From positions 2,821-66,820 of the forward strand of contig SUYN01000015.1 in assembly GCA_015060405.1 (NCBI GenBank): 64,000 nucleotides of DNA, given 5' to 3'. The translations under genes were made by a program, and so were the position numbers. How positions within the stretch are numbered: position 1 is the stretch's first letter; the number at the start of each line of letters is the position of its first letter. This stretch comes from Bacteroidales bacterium (GTDB lineage Bacteria; Bacteroidota; Bacteroidia; Bacteroidales; UBA932). Below are positions 9,932 to 18,422 of the stretch, piece after piece. The notes below the pieces were generated by a model. It had not been told where the DNA came from and made no database searches. It saw only the letters and a list, made by a program, of their open reading frames with translations.

Positions 9932-11271
9932 TTCATAGAACGATGATCTCAAGGTCTTTCATATACGTGATGCTGGCCATGTGCCTGTTATGTGCCTGCA
10001 ATGAGAATGGCAGGGAATCCGTTGATGGCGGGGACAACCCTTTGTCTGAGTGGACTCTTCCCGTCATGGTGGCCCAGGCTGGGGAGGGGACTGTCCAGTG
10101 GAACGGATTTACGGAAGAGACAGTGCTGCTGCTGGTGTCTCCGGATGGCTCGGAATACCGCTTGGAAATCACCGTCCTTACGGATTCAGGAGTGAACTTC
10201 AGAGTCCCGTCCGATGTGCCGGAAGGAACATATATGATGGTCATGGAACAGGACGGCAGGACAGAGATGGGACAGATCCGGATTACAGGAAGGAGCCTTC
10301 CTGTGAGCGATGTCAGGATGCCTTCAGAGGCGGTTGCAGGTGCAGTCGTCTCAATAGCCGGAATCGGGTTTGAGGATGGCTGCAGCATAGTCCTTGCCGG
10401 TTCTGCCGGAGAGGAACATGTCCTCGGGACCACCCTCTCATGTGATGGCGTCTGTGTCACGGTACCCGACGATGTTTCAGAAGGGACATACGATGTCTAT
10501 CTCCTTCAGGAGGGGGGCAGGTGGCTGATTTCCGATTCATTCAGAGTCACTTCCGCATCGGTGGCCAGAAGATGCACGTCAATCCGGTATATTGCGCCAT
10601 ATGTGGGAGAGGCGGAAATAATGCTGGCCTGGGACATTTCCGATGATGTCCTGACGCTTTCCGAGTATCTTGTCCAGGAGGGAGTACCTGAATTGAATGC
10701 CTACGACAGCTATGTGCGTAGGGACGAAGGATACTATGCCCTTGAACATGACGGATTTGAGTCTTCAAATGATATGGAGATGCTTTACAGCCGTGATCAG
10801 GACGGCAATGTCGTGTCGTCAGATGTGCTCATATATGGTGATGACCGTACTACAGCCTTTACATGGACCTATGACTCATCCGGACTTCTTGTGGACATCT
10901 CTTCTCCAAGGATGTCCTTCCGCACTCTTTCGTATGAAGAAGGAAGGATTACAGCCTTTCATCAGACATCTTTCGAATATGCACCTGATGGCCCGGTGAA
11001 CAGCGTGTATGCCCCTGATGTGATCTGGGCCTATATGTCGCTGATGGACAGGAACGATCCGTTTGTATATCTCCCATATCTTCTCGGATGGTATTCCACT
11101 GCATCCGACAGGCTTCCGTCGAAGATCCTCAAGCCTTCTCCTTCAGGTTCCGGCGTCCTTTCATGCAGCCTTGAATATGAGTTTGATGATGACGGCTACG
11201 TCGTGTCCATGAACTGGTCGGAAGGAAGTGAGCGGCACCGCATCGAGTTTATTTATTCCGATATGATATAA
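9928..11271 (+). CDS. Hypothetical lipoprotein with two Ig/IPT-like modules and a YD-repeat-like C-terminal half
   Basis: 447 aa. ATGA overlap with the TlpA-like gene. Lipobox (LLCAC). Paired modules end in 'VPSDVPEGTYMMVMEQDG' and 'VPDDVSEGTYDVYLLQEGG'. The C-terminal part has YD-like turns ('FTWTYDSSGLLVD', 'YSRDQDGNVV'). Confidence 0.55.
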   Translation: MIHRTMISRSFIYVMLAMCLLCACNENGRESVDGGDNPLSEWTLPVMVAQAGEGTVQWNGFTEETVLLLVSPDGSEYRLEITVLTDSGVNFRVPSDVPEGTYMMVMEQDGRTEMGQIRITGRSLPVSDVRMPSEAVAGAVVSIAGIGFEDGCSIVLAGSAGEEHVLGTTLSCDGVCVTVPDDVSEGTYDVYLLQEGGRWLISDSFRVTSASVARRCTSIRYIAPYVGEAEIMLAWDISDDVLTLSEYLVQEGVPELNAYDSYVRRDEGYYALEHDGFESSNDMEMLYSRDQDGNVVSSDVLIYGDDRTTAFTWTYDSSGLLVDISSPRMSFRTLSYEEGRITAFHQTSFEYAPDGPVNSVYAPDVIWAYMSLMDRNDPFVYLPYLLGWYSTASDRLPSKILKPSPSGSGVLSCSLEYEFDDDGYVVSMNWSEGSERHRIEFIYSDMI

Positions 11272-11298
11272 AATATCGGTATATGACGAAAATTATAT

Positions 11299-11306
11299 TA
11301 TATTTG
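11299..11306 (+). promoter_or_regulatory. Candidate Bacteroides-type -7 box (TATATTTG) inside the operon
   Basis: Exact match to the TAnnTTTG consensus, 25 nt upstream of the ATG at 11331, in the only AT-rich gap (59 nt) of the operon. No clear -33 TTTG seen. Confidence 0.25.
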
Positions 11307-11330
11307 AAATATTTTATCTAACAGATTTAA

Positions 11331-13205
11331 ATGAAAGCATTTACGTTCTTCAGATTGTTACTGGTCCAGCTTCTGGTGTCGGGAGTCGTGATGGCCTGTC
11401 AGAAAGACCCTGTCAGCGGTGATGGTGACAACGACGGGCCTCAGGATCCTATTGTCGAGAATCCTTCCGAAAACGGAATATCCAATGTAAGCAACAGTCA
11501 TGAGAATAAGGAAGTCTCATATAGAGGCGCTACCATCTCAATAAAGTTTGATGCCTCTGCGTCCTGGACGGCGTCTCTGGAACTCGAGACTGAACCTGAG
11601 AGCGGATGGGCGGCGATAAGTCCGTCTACTCAGAGCGGAGAGGCGGGGGACAGTCGCACCGTAAGGGTCGTCTTTGAAACCAATAAGTCGGACGTAAGCA
11701 GGACTGCCGGACTTTGGGTGACTGCAGAAGGTTTCGAGCCTCTGTGCATTGCCGTCCTGACTCAGGCAGCATCAGGTACAAGTGCCGATTCGAAGATCAA
11801 TCAGGCCCTCAATACATATATGCATGAGATCCTGGCAGAGGATTATCTTTTCAATGATGCATACAACTCGCAGGAGATTGACCTTACTGTGGCGTACTCC
11901 GATTTCCTTTCCACCCATCTTCTGAGTCTTGGAGATGTGAATCTTGAGGACGGAGGCTATTACAGGGCGACCCAGCCTGATCCCGGCAAGAGGTTCATAT
12001 ATACGAACATTGTCGAGGTCCAGCCACTCACGCGTGCCGCTCAGACAGATGGACTCGGTTTCGGCCCCTTCATCTCGACAGCTCTTTCGGATGCGTCCTC
12101 TCTTATGGGACTGGCACCGTCTTATGTGCGCAGAGGATCACCTGCAGAAGCTGCAGGCCTCCGCAGGGGTGACATCATATATGCGGTCAACGGAACCCAG
12201 CTGACAACTTCCAACTACAGGAATTACATGACCGGCCTGTACCAGAACCCGAGCGGCTCGTACAGATTCTCGTTCTTGAGATTTGAGCAGAACGGAAAAG
12301 GAGGCTATGATCTGAATTCATATGAATCAGGTACCGTTTCCGCATCAGTTCATATGTATGATCCTGTGCTCCATGCGTCAGTCCTGTCTGATCCGGAAGA
12401 TGATGCGGTGAAGATCGGCTATCTCGTGTACGAATCTTTCGATCTCAATTCGCAGGAACTGCTTGAGGAGACAGTCAAGGAGTTCGCCCAGACGGGAATA
12501 ACTGATATGATCCTCGACCTCCGCTTCAATTCGGGAGGAGCCGTGGCACAGAGCCGCTGGCTGTCCGGATGTATTGCGGGAAAGGCAAATTATTCCAAGA
12601 CCTTCACCAAGGTCGTCTACAATGACGGCTCGACCGAGGACTGGAAATTTGATTACGGTTACACCAATGACACCGATAACCTCGGCCTGCCGATAGACCT
12701 GGGCCTCGACAGGCTGTACGTGATTTCTTCATATAATACCGCCTCTGCAGCGGAACTTGTCATCAGTTCTCTCAAGGGAATCGACTTCCCTGTAAAGATG
12801 ATAGGTTGCCGTACAGAAGGAAAGAATGTCGGTATGACCGTTTCGGAGACCACATACAATGGCAGGCGTTTCCAGTTCTCTCCAGTGACGTTCTGGGTCA
12901 GGAACGCCAAGGACTGGGGAGACTACAAGGACGGAATCGAGCCGGATGAATATGTCAACAACGACAACACCATCATGACAGATGACGCGGACAATGTGTT
13001 CCCGTATTCGTTCTCGGACTGGGGGAACATGGACTATAATATCGCTCTTCAGTGGGCTTACTGTGACATTACCGGCCGGCCGAGATGGACAGAAGCCCCT
13101 TTGACCAGGTCATGCCCGGCTGTGTCGCTTTGTCCTGTAGACTTCCAGCCATACGGGCTCTCACACGGAAGATACGGCAACCTCATGTATGATAACAATA
13201 ACTAA
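11331..13205 (+). CDS. S41-family (C-terminal processing / Tsp-like) serine peptidase with N-terminal BACON-like domain and PDZ-like segment
   Basis: 624 aa. Lipobox (VVMAC). BACON-like segment 'SASWTASLELETEPESGWAAISPSTQSGEAGDSRTVRVVFETNKSDVSRTAGLWV'. PDZ-like 'AAGLRRGDIIYAVNG'. S41 signatures 'LDLRFNSGG', catalytic-Ser motif 'NTASAAELV' and Lys motif 'RTEGKNVG'. Confidence 0.85.
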   Translation: MKAFTFFRLLLVQLLVSGVVMACQKDPVSGDGDNDGPQDPIVENPSENGISNVSNSHENKEVSYRGATISIKFDASASWTASLELETEPESGWAAISPSTQSGEAGDSRTVRVVFETNKSDVSRTAGLWVTAEGFEPLCIAVLTQAASGTSADSKINQALNTYMHEILAEDYLFNDAYNSQEIDLTVAYSDFLSTHLLSLGDVNLEDGGYYRATQPDPGKRFIYTNIVEVQPLTRAAQTDGLGFGPFISTALSDASSLMGLAPSYVRRGSPAEAAGLRRGDIIYAVNGTQLTTSNYRNYMTGLYQNPSGSYRFSFLRFEQNGKGGYDLNSYESGTVSASVHMYDPVLHASVLSDPEDDAVKIGYLVYESFDLNSQELLEETVKEFAQTGITDMILDLRFNSGGAVAQSRWLSGCIAGKANYSKTFTKVVYNDGSTEDWKFDYGYTNDTDNLGLPIDLGLDRLYVISSYNTASAAELVISSLKGIDFPVKMIGCRTEGKNVGMTVSETTYNGRRFQFSPVTFWVRNAKDWGDYKDGIEPDEYVNNDNTIMTDDADNVFPYSFSDWGNMDYNIALQWAYCDITGRPRWTEAPLTRSCPAVSLCPVDFQPYGLSHGRYGNLMYDNNN

Positions 13206-13215
13206 ATATTACATT

Positions 13216-16134
13216 ATGAAATTTTCTTTGAACTTCAAGTCAGGATTGCTGAAGGCCATGACCGCCCTGATGGCGGTGTGCCCGGCAGCTGTGTCCTGTT
13301 ATGATGATTCTGCCCTTCAGGAGCAGATTGACATGTTGGTGGACAAGCTCTATGAGCTGGAGACAAGACTAAGTAACGAGATTGATGCCCTTCAGGACAT
13401 GCTGAGAGGAAAGGCTCTGATAACCGATGTGTCAACCAACGCGGCTACAGGTGTTACGACGATCACCCTTTCCACAGGAAGCACACTCCAGCTGCTTCCT
13501 GAGCAGGATCTTGAGTCGTTCGTCACATATATCACCCTGGGAGACGGAGAAAACTACTGGGCCTACGTGGACGAAAGCGGAAAGAAGCAGCTTTTCCTCG
13601 ACAAGGACGGAAAGGCCATTCCGGTCCTGAGCGAGACTCCGGAGGTCGTGACTGTCGATGGCGAGACCTACCTTGTTGTCGGTGGAGTGCGTTATCCTCT
13701 GTCAGGTAACTCGGTGTTCTCGGATTATGAGCTCGTCACTGACGAACTGACAGGCGAGGTCTATGCCGTGACATTCACATTCGGCGATGATATGACTTTC
13801 ACTGTCACCGTGGATGGTGCATGCGGTTTTTATTTCGTGAAGCAGTCGGGATGGTCTACAGTGATGGTTTCAGACTGGTATATTGCAAACGGACTCACGG
13901 AACGCGTGTCTGTCGATGCCCGTGGCGTCGTGGACTATGTCCTTCAGATCCCTGACGGATGGAGGGTAAAGGAGCATAAGGACATCTATATGGGTGGTCT
14001 CTATCTTGATATTACGGCTCCATCCAAGGAACTCGTCGAGTCAGGAGTGGCTGCAGCAGAGGGTGACCTCAAGGTGGTGGCAGTGCTTGAAGGCGGAAAG
14101 GCTACTGTGGCACGTCTGTATCTGACTACGACTCCATTCAGGAATTTCGGTGTGTCTCTTGGAAATGTGACTGCACAGATGTACAACGGTCTTCAGAAGT
14201 TTGTCTACGGCGTATGTCCGGAGGCGGCATTTGATGAAGAGGTGCTGTTTGAGACGGCTTCCGGCCTCCTGGAGGCTTATGACTATCCGGCAGGCTTCGG
14301 ATTGTCGACAGATGACCTTTCAGCAGCGGTTTCTGATGTGCTCGGATCGGAACCTGTAGCCGGCGAATCTTATGTGTTCTGGGCTCTCCCTGCGATGTAC
14401 TATCAGAATGAGGAAGCGGCAGGATACTATCTGGCAGAAGGTACCTTCGTCACATCATCATTCAACTATGCTTCAGTGGATTTCGAGATTACAGGAGAAA
14501 AGTTCCGTGATGCAACCCTTACGATGGATGTCCTCGGAGCCGATGCTTATTATATGGCTCTTGTCCCTGCCGCAGACTATATGCTGGAAGATGTGCTGTA
14601 TGCCCTGAATAATTCATACTATGAGCCAAAGACATCGCCTATGTCCTACATCGGCTCTGTCTTTGAACTGGCAGGTGTGACAGCTGAACCGGCTACTGAT
14701 TATGTAGCCTGGATCGCCCTTGCGGAAGAAGGCAGGACCTACACAGAGCAGGATCTTATCGTCTGCAGGTTCTCTACCCTGAAACTTGTGGAGGGAGCAG
14801 ATGTGAAGGTCGTTTCAGGCGAGGTGTCTGCCACTGCGCTTGATGTGAAGGTGCCTTTGACGGCAGAAGGAGCGGAGACTCTTTATTATACATTCATGAC
14901 ATCATCTGATGCAAAGAAATATACGGATGATAAGGACAAGGCTTCATATCTCCTTGAGAATGGAATAAGCATAGACGGTACAAGTGCAGAGGCCAGACTC
15001 TCGGATGTCCTGACAAAGACAAAACCTGCAACAACCTATGTGCTTCTTGCTGTAGCATCTGACAGCGAGGGCAGGTATGGCGAAGTGCTAACACTTGAAT
15101 GCAAGACGACTGACATCATATATAATGACCTTGAGGTCAAGATAGAGCTTGCCGCCAATGATCCCGGCAATGTTGTGATAAACATATCGTCCGAAGGTGC
15201 AGTGGGCTACCTCTATTGGGTAGGTAAGATTTCCGACAACACATGGAAAAGCTCGAATTACCTTGGAGGCAGTGCTGCGACAGCTCAGGAGTACATGTAT
15301 GTGAACCCGACACATTCGCGTCTTACTGACGTAATGAACAGGTATCCTGTCATTGATGGCGTCATGACTCTTACTGATCTTTCGAATGGTGTGGAACATG
15401 TCATCGTGATCATGGCGCAGGCTGCAGACGGTACTTATTCAAAGGCTTATGAGATGAGGTTCACCACAAGGACTGTCGCAATAGGTACCATCGTCACCTC
15501 GGATGACAGCAGGTGGGAGTCAGCCAGACCGACCGTAGACTTCTTGATGAAAAGCTTCTATCCTGCATCAGGAATGATGTCGGGCCAGTATGCGGCGGAC
15601 ATTACCATCCCTCTCGGTTACACAGGCTATGTGCTTCTTGGAACAGACGCATATTTCACCGAGGGTGAGACTCAGGTCGAACTGTCTGTAGAGGAAAAGA
15701 TTCTCAGTGTGATAGGATTTGCTGACAACAGCAGGGACGTAAGCATCCTTATCGATGAGGAGGCATGGGTTACCCAGGGTTACCCTTATGGCTATGAATT
15801 CTATCATTATGAACATGGTTCTCCTGCGAACGGAACAAGACCGGGAGCAGCTGTCATCTGGGCGAGTCAGGAGTTCCATGATCAAAGGTGTGACTGCCTC
15901 GTCGATCCGCCTGCGACAAGGATCATAAATGGAGTGGAAATGCCGATGAATTATGTCGTTCTGATAAATGACGGAAATCCTGTGAAGTTCGTCCAGCCGA
16001 GCGCTATCGGAAGCACTACTGAGGTGATTGACAGAATCTTCATCGTGTGTCAGGATGCGGAAGGAAACTGCTATGAGACATTTGAATACGATGTTCCTTT
16101 CGAGTATTTTGCCAATGCACAGCCAAAAGAATAG
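13216..16134 (+). CDS. Large repeat-module lipoprotein with N-terminal coiled coil (hypothetical)
   Basis: The ATG at 13216 gives a lipoprotein signal (MKFSLNF...LMAVCPAAVSC); the listed start at 13189 overlaps the peptidase gene. Coiled-coil segment 'LQEQIDMLVDKLYELETRLSNEIDALQDML'. Repeated modules resemble those of the 1-1758 protein ('ADAYYMALVPAADY', 'AETLYYTFMTSSDA', 'AVGYLYWVGKISDN', each closed by 'TDYVAWIALAEEGRTY', 'TTYVLLAVASDSEGRYG', 'EHVIVIMAQAADGTYS'). Confidence 0.6.
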   Translation: MKFSLNFKSGLLKAMTALMAVCPAAVSCYDDSALQEQIDMLVDKLYELETRLSNEIDALQDMLRGKALITDVSTNAATGVTTITLSTGSTLQLLPEQDLESFVTYITLGDGENYWAYVDESGKKQLFLDKDGKAIPVLSETPEVVTVDGETYLVVGGVRYPLSGNSVFSDYELVTDELTGEVYAVTFTFGDDMTFTVTVDGACGFYFVKQSGWSTVMVSDWYIANGLTERVSVDARGVVDYVLQIPDGWRVKEHKDIYMGGLYLDITAPSKELVESGVAAAEGDLKVVAVLEGGKATVARLYLTTTPFRNFGVSLGNVTAQMYNGLQKFVYGVCPEAAFDEEVLFETASGLLEAYDYPAGFGLSTDDLSAAVSDVLGSEPVAGESYVFWALPAMYYQNEEAAGYYLAEGTFVTSSFNYASVDFEITGEKFRDATLTMDVLGADAYYMALVPAADYMLEDVLYALNNSYYEPKTSPMSYIGSVFELAGVTAEPATDYVAWIALAEEGRTYTEQDLIVCRFSTLKLVEGADVKVVSGEVSATALDVKVPLTAEGAETLYYTFMTSSDAKKYTDDKDKASYLLENGISIDGTSAEARLSDVLTKTKPATTYVLLAVASDSEGRYGEVLTLECKTTDIIYNDLEVKIELAANDPGNVVINISSEGAVGYLYWVGKISDNTWKSSNYLGGSAATAQEYMYVNPTHSRLTDVMNRYPVIDGVMTLTDLSNGVEHVIVIMAQAADGTYSKAYEMRFTTRTVAIGTIVTSDDSRWESARPTVDFLMKSFYPASGMMSGQYAADITIPLGYTGYVLLGTDAYFTEGETQVELSVEEKILSVIGFADNSRDVSILIDEEAWVTQGYPYGYEFYHYEHGSPANGTRPGAAVIWASQEFHDQRCDCLVDPPATRIINGVEMPMNYVVLINDGNPVKFVQPSAIGSTTEVIDRIFIVCQDAEGNCYETFEYDVPFEYFANAQPKE

Positions 16135-16160
16135 CAGATATATACATATTGCCTGAATAT

Positions 16161-16198
16161 GAGGATGACCGCTTTTCACAAGGCGGTCATCCTCTTTT
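16161..16198 (+). terminator. Rho-independent terminator closing the nine-gene operon
   Basis: Perfect 12-bp stem GAGGATGACCGC / GCGGTCATCCTC (16161-16172 / 16183-16194), 10-nt loop, then TTTT. Confidence 0.8.
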
Positions 16199-16245
16199 AG
16201 CATAATACTTGAATCAGACGCGTGGAATGATTAAAAACAAGTGCT

Positions 16246-16842
16246 ATGAAACGTCAATTTGAAAACATCAGAAGGAGAGCTTCGCAGTCGGTACGCCACT
16301 GGTGGCTCTTCATGATCGCCGGAATCATCGGAATCATTCTCGGCATTACGGTATTTGTCTTTCCACTCGAAAGCTATGTTGTCCTCAGCATACTTTTCGG
16401 GGTCCTCATGCTGGCTGTCGGTGCGGCCAAGCTCATTGCAGCCTCAGCAAGCGACAACTTCTTCATGATGAAGAATTATGTCCTCATAGGAGGTGTCCTG
16501 GATGTTGTTCTCGGAATATTCCTTTGCGTATATCCTGAAATCACCCTGGTGCTTCTTCCGATCATGATGGGATTCTGGATGCTGTACAACAGTTTTGTCC
16601 TGATCGGACTTGCCGGAGATCTGGATACCTATGGCGTTCCCGGGACCGCCTGGCTTTCCGCCGGTGCCATCCTTCTTATGATTCTGTCGATTATTGTCCT
16701 GGTAAATCCTTTCGGTGCGGGAATTGCAACTGTAGTGCTGCTTGCGGGAATAGGACTGATTGTTTTCGGAATCCTTCTCTGTGTCTTGTCAAAGACCCTC
16801 AAGGAGGTACATACTTATTTCGATACGGAACCTTCCCGTTGA
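16246..16842 (+). CDS. HdeD/DUF308-family integral membrane protein
   Basis: 198 aa with six hydrophobic spans. The N-terminal 'WWLFMIAGIIGIILGITVFVFP' pattern is typical of DUF308 repeats. Confidence 0.7.
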   Translation: MKRQFENIRRRASQSVRHWWLFMIAGIIGIILGITVFVFPLESYVVLSILFGVLMLAVGAAKLIAASASDNFFMMKNYVLIGGVLDVVLGIFLCVYPEITLVLLPIMMGFWMLYNSFVLIGLAGDLDTYGVPGTAWLSAGAILLMILSIIVLVNPFGAGIATVVLLAGIGLIVFGILLCVLSKTLKEVHTYFDTEPSR

Positions 16843-16864
16843 TTATAGTAGTGTGGTGTTGGTT

Positions 16865-16908
16865 GAGGGTGTATTCCGAGGCTTTGATCTGCCAAGGAAT
16901 ACACCCTC
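16865..16908. terminator. Bidirectional terminator-like hairpin between convergent genes
   Basis: Perfect 13-bp stem GAGGGTGTATTCC / GGAATACACCCTC with an 18-nt loop, between the HdeD-like stop (16842) and the nuclease stop (16935). Confidence 0.55.
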
Positions 16909-16934
16909 TTGTAATTCTTCCTCTCTTGCCGGCC

Positions 16935-17744
16935 TTATCCGAAGATAGTGTTCAGGACGTATGCGAGTCTGTAGCCTCCTGTAAGGAGCCTGTCCTCGAG
17001 AAGAGGGGAGAAATCGTATACGAACTGGTACGAGAGATTCGGTTCTTCCTCTCCGATGCTCTCCACATATTCATATATTGATGCGGCGCCGTCCACCGTC
17101 TCCTTGAACCACTCCCGGTAGGTTCCGCGCATGACGCTCTTCCTGTACTTCCTGCTGGTCCTGTCGAGCTGCTGGGTCCATTCCTTGTAGCCCCATTTCC
17201 TTGCGGAGCTGATCATCCTGCTGTCCCACACAGAGTGGAGGTTTGTACTCTGGCCGAACCATTTCACCTTCATCTGGTTGCCGCCTCTGTCAGAAAGCCT
17301 TCCTGCGTGCATCGGACAGTGCAGGTCGCCTACCATGTGGACTATCATCTTCAGATAGTCTACCCTCATGCTGTCAGTGAGGTTGTCGTAATTCACCGTG
17401 AGTTCCCTGGTGAGGCTGTCAAGTGCAGTCACCACGTCGCCGAGAGGGTTCTTAGGCATCGTCTCGTAGGTGTGGCCCTTGTCTACATTTGCATAGTGCC
17501 AGGTCTTGGTCCTGTAGTAGCCGTCCTCCCAGTAAGGGGAGTTCTGGATGTTGTCCATCCATGAAGAGTAATAGACGATGGACTTGCCCTCGAGCAGCTT
17601 GTTTATCTTTCTCTTTGCCTTGCGGGTAAGGTTCTGTTCTGCAATGGATGCCACCACGTCGTGACCCGTAGGACCCCATGCATAGGCGGATGTGAAATCC
17701 AGGAGCATGATGATGCTCAGTATCGGAATAAGTAAGCGTTTCAT
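16935..17744 (-). CDS. S1/P1-family zinc nuclease (secreted)
   Basis: Signal peptide MKRLLIPILSIIMLLDFTSAYA, then the family N-terminus 'WGPTGHDVVASIAEQNL'. His/Asp zinc-ligand motifs are present ('HYANVD', 'VGDLHCPMH', 'NLHSVWD'). The start at 17744 (MKRLL) is preferred over the track start at 17771. Confidence 0.88.
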   Translation of the reverse strand: MKRLLIPILSIIMLLDFTSAYAWGPTGHDVVASIAEQNLTRKAKRKINKLLEGKSIVYYSSWMDNIQNSPYWEDGYYRTKTWHYANVDKGHTYETMPKNPLGDVVTALDSLTRELTVNYDNLTDSMRVDYLKMIVHMVGDLHCPMHAGRLSDRGGNQMKVKWFGQSTNLHSVWDSRMISSARKWGYKEWTQQLDRTSRKYRKSVMRGTYREWFKETVDGAASIYEYVESIGEEEPNLSYQFVYDFSPLLEDRLLTGGYRLAYVLNTIFG

Positions 17745-17870
17745 GTTTCTGCTGTTATTGATCTGATGCAAATATATAATATTTTTTTGCTTGCAGATGC
17801 TCCTTTTTCAGATTAATTCCATAACTTTACAAGTTGTGCAAAAAACTAAAACTGATAATCAGCATCCGAT

Positions 17871-18416
17871 ATGAATCTTAAAAGAATATCAATCTCACTG
17901 CTTGCAGGAGCGGCTGTCCTTGCATCCTGTTCGCAGGAAAAGGGTTATGTCATTTATGGTACTGTCAGCAACCCCGACCTTGAGGGTGCACAGGTGTTCC
18001 TTGTGCCTCTTGAAAACGCGACAAAGGAGACGATAGACTCCGTATACATCCACAACCAGATGTTCGAGTTCCGCGGGACGGAAGAGAAGATCGCCGACAT
18101 AAGGATCGAAAGGTTCAAGCGTCTGGGCAATGAAAACCTCCTTGTGGTAACCGAGCCTGGCGAGACCTTCGTCACCATAGGCCAGGTGAGCAGCAGCAGA
18201 GGTACACCTCAGAACGACTCTCTCCAGGTCTGGAAGAACCTCACCAAGCAGTACTTCCAGCAGTCGGCCAAGCTCAGGAGCCAGGGCCGCAAGGACGAGG
18301 CTGCCGGGCTGCGCGAGAGATATGTAGCCCGTACACGTCAGATGGCATCCAATGTAGGCAGATCGACGACTCTCGGAGCATTCCTGGATTCCCGTTATCC
18401 TGAAAAACAGCAGTAA
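17871..18416 (+). CDS. DUF4369-like lipoprotein (stand-alone)
   Basis: 181 aa. Lipobox (VLASC). 'GYVIYGTVSNPDLEGAQVFLVPLE' resembles the N-terminal DUF4369 module usually fused to thioredoxin-like proteins. No thioredoxin domain is present here. Confidence 0.45.
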   Translation: MNLKRISISLLAGAAVLASCSQEKGYVIYGTVSNPDLEGAQVFLVPLENATKETIDSVYIHNQMFEFRGTEEKIADIRIERFKRLGNENLLVVTEPGETFVTIGQVSSSRGTPQNDSLQVWKNLTKQYFQQSAKLRSQGRKDEAAGLRERYVARTRQMASNVGRSTTLGAFLDSRYPEKQQ

Positions 18417-18422
18417 TCCTAT

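Noticed and set aside
16839-17081. 80-aa plus-strand ORF and 62-aa ORF (16760-16948) bridging the HdeD-like and nuclease genes
   Set aside because: They run through the convergent-gene hairpin and into the antisense of the S1/P1 nuclease gene, with no supporting features.
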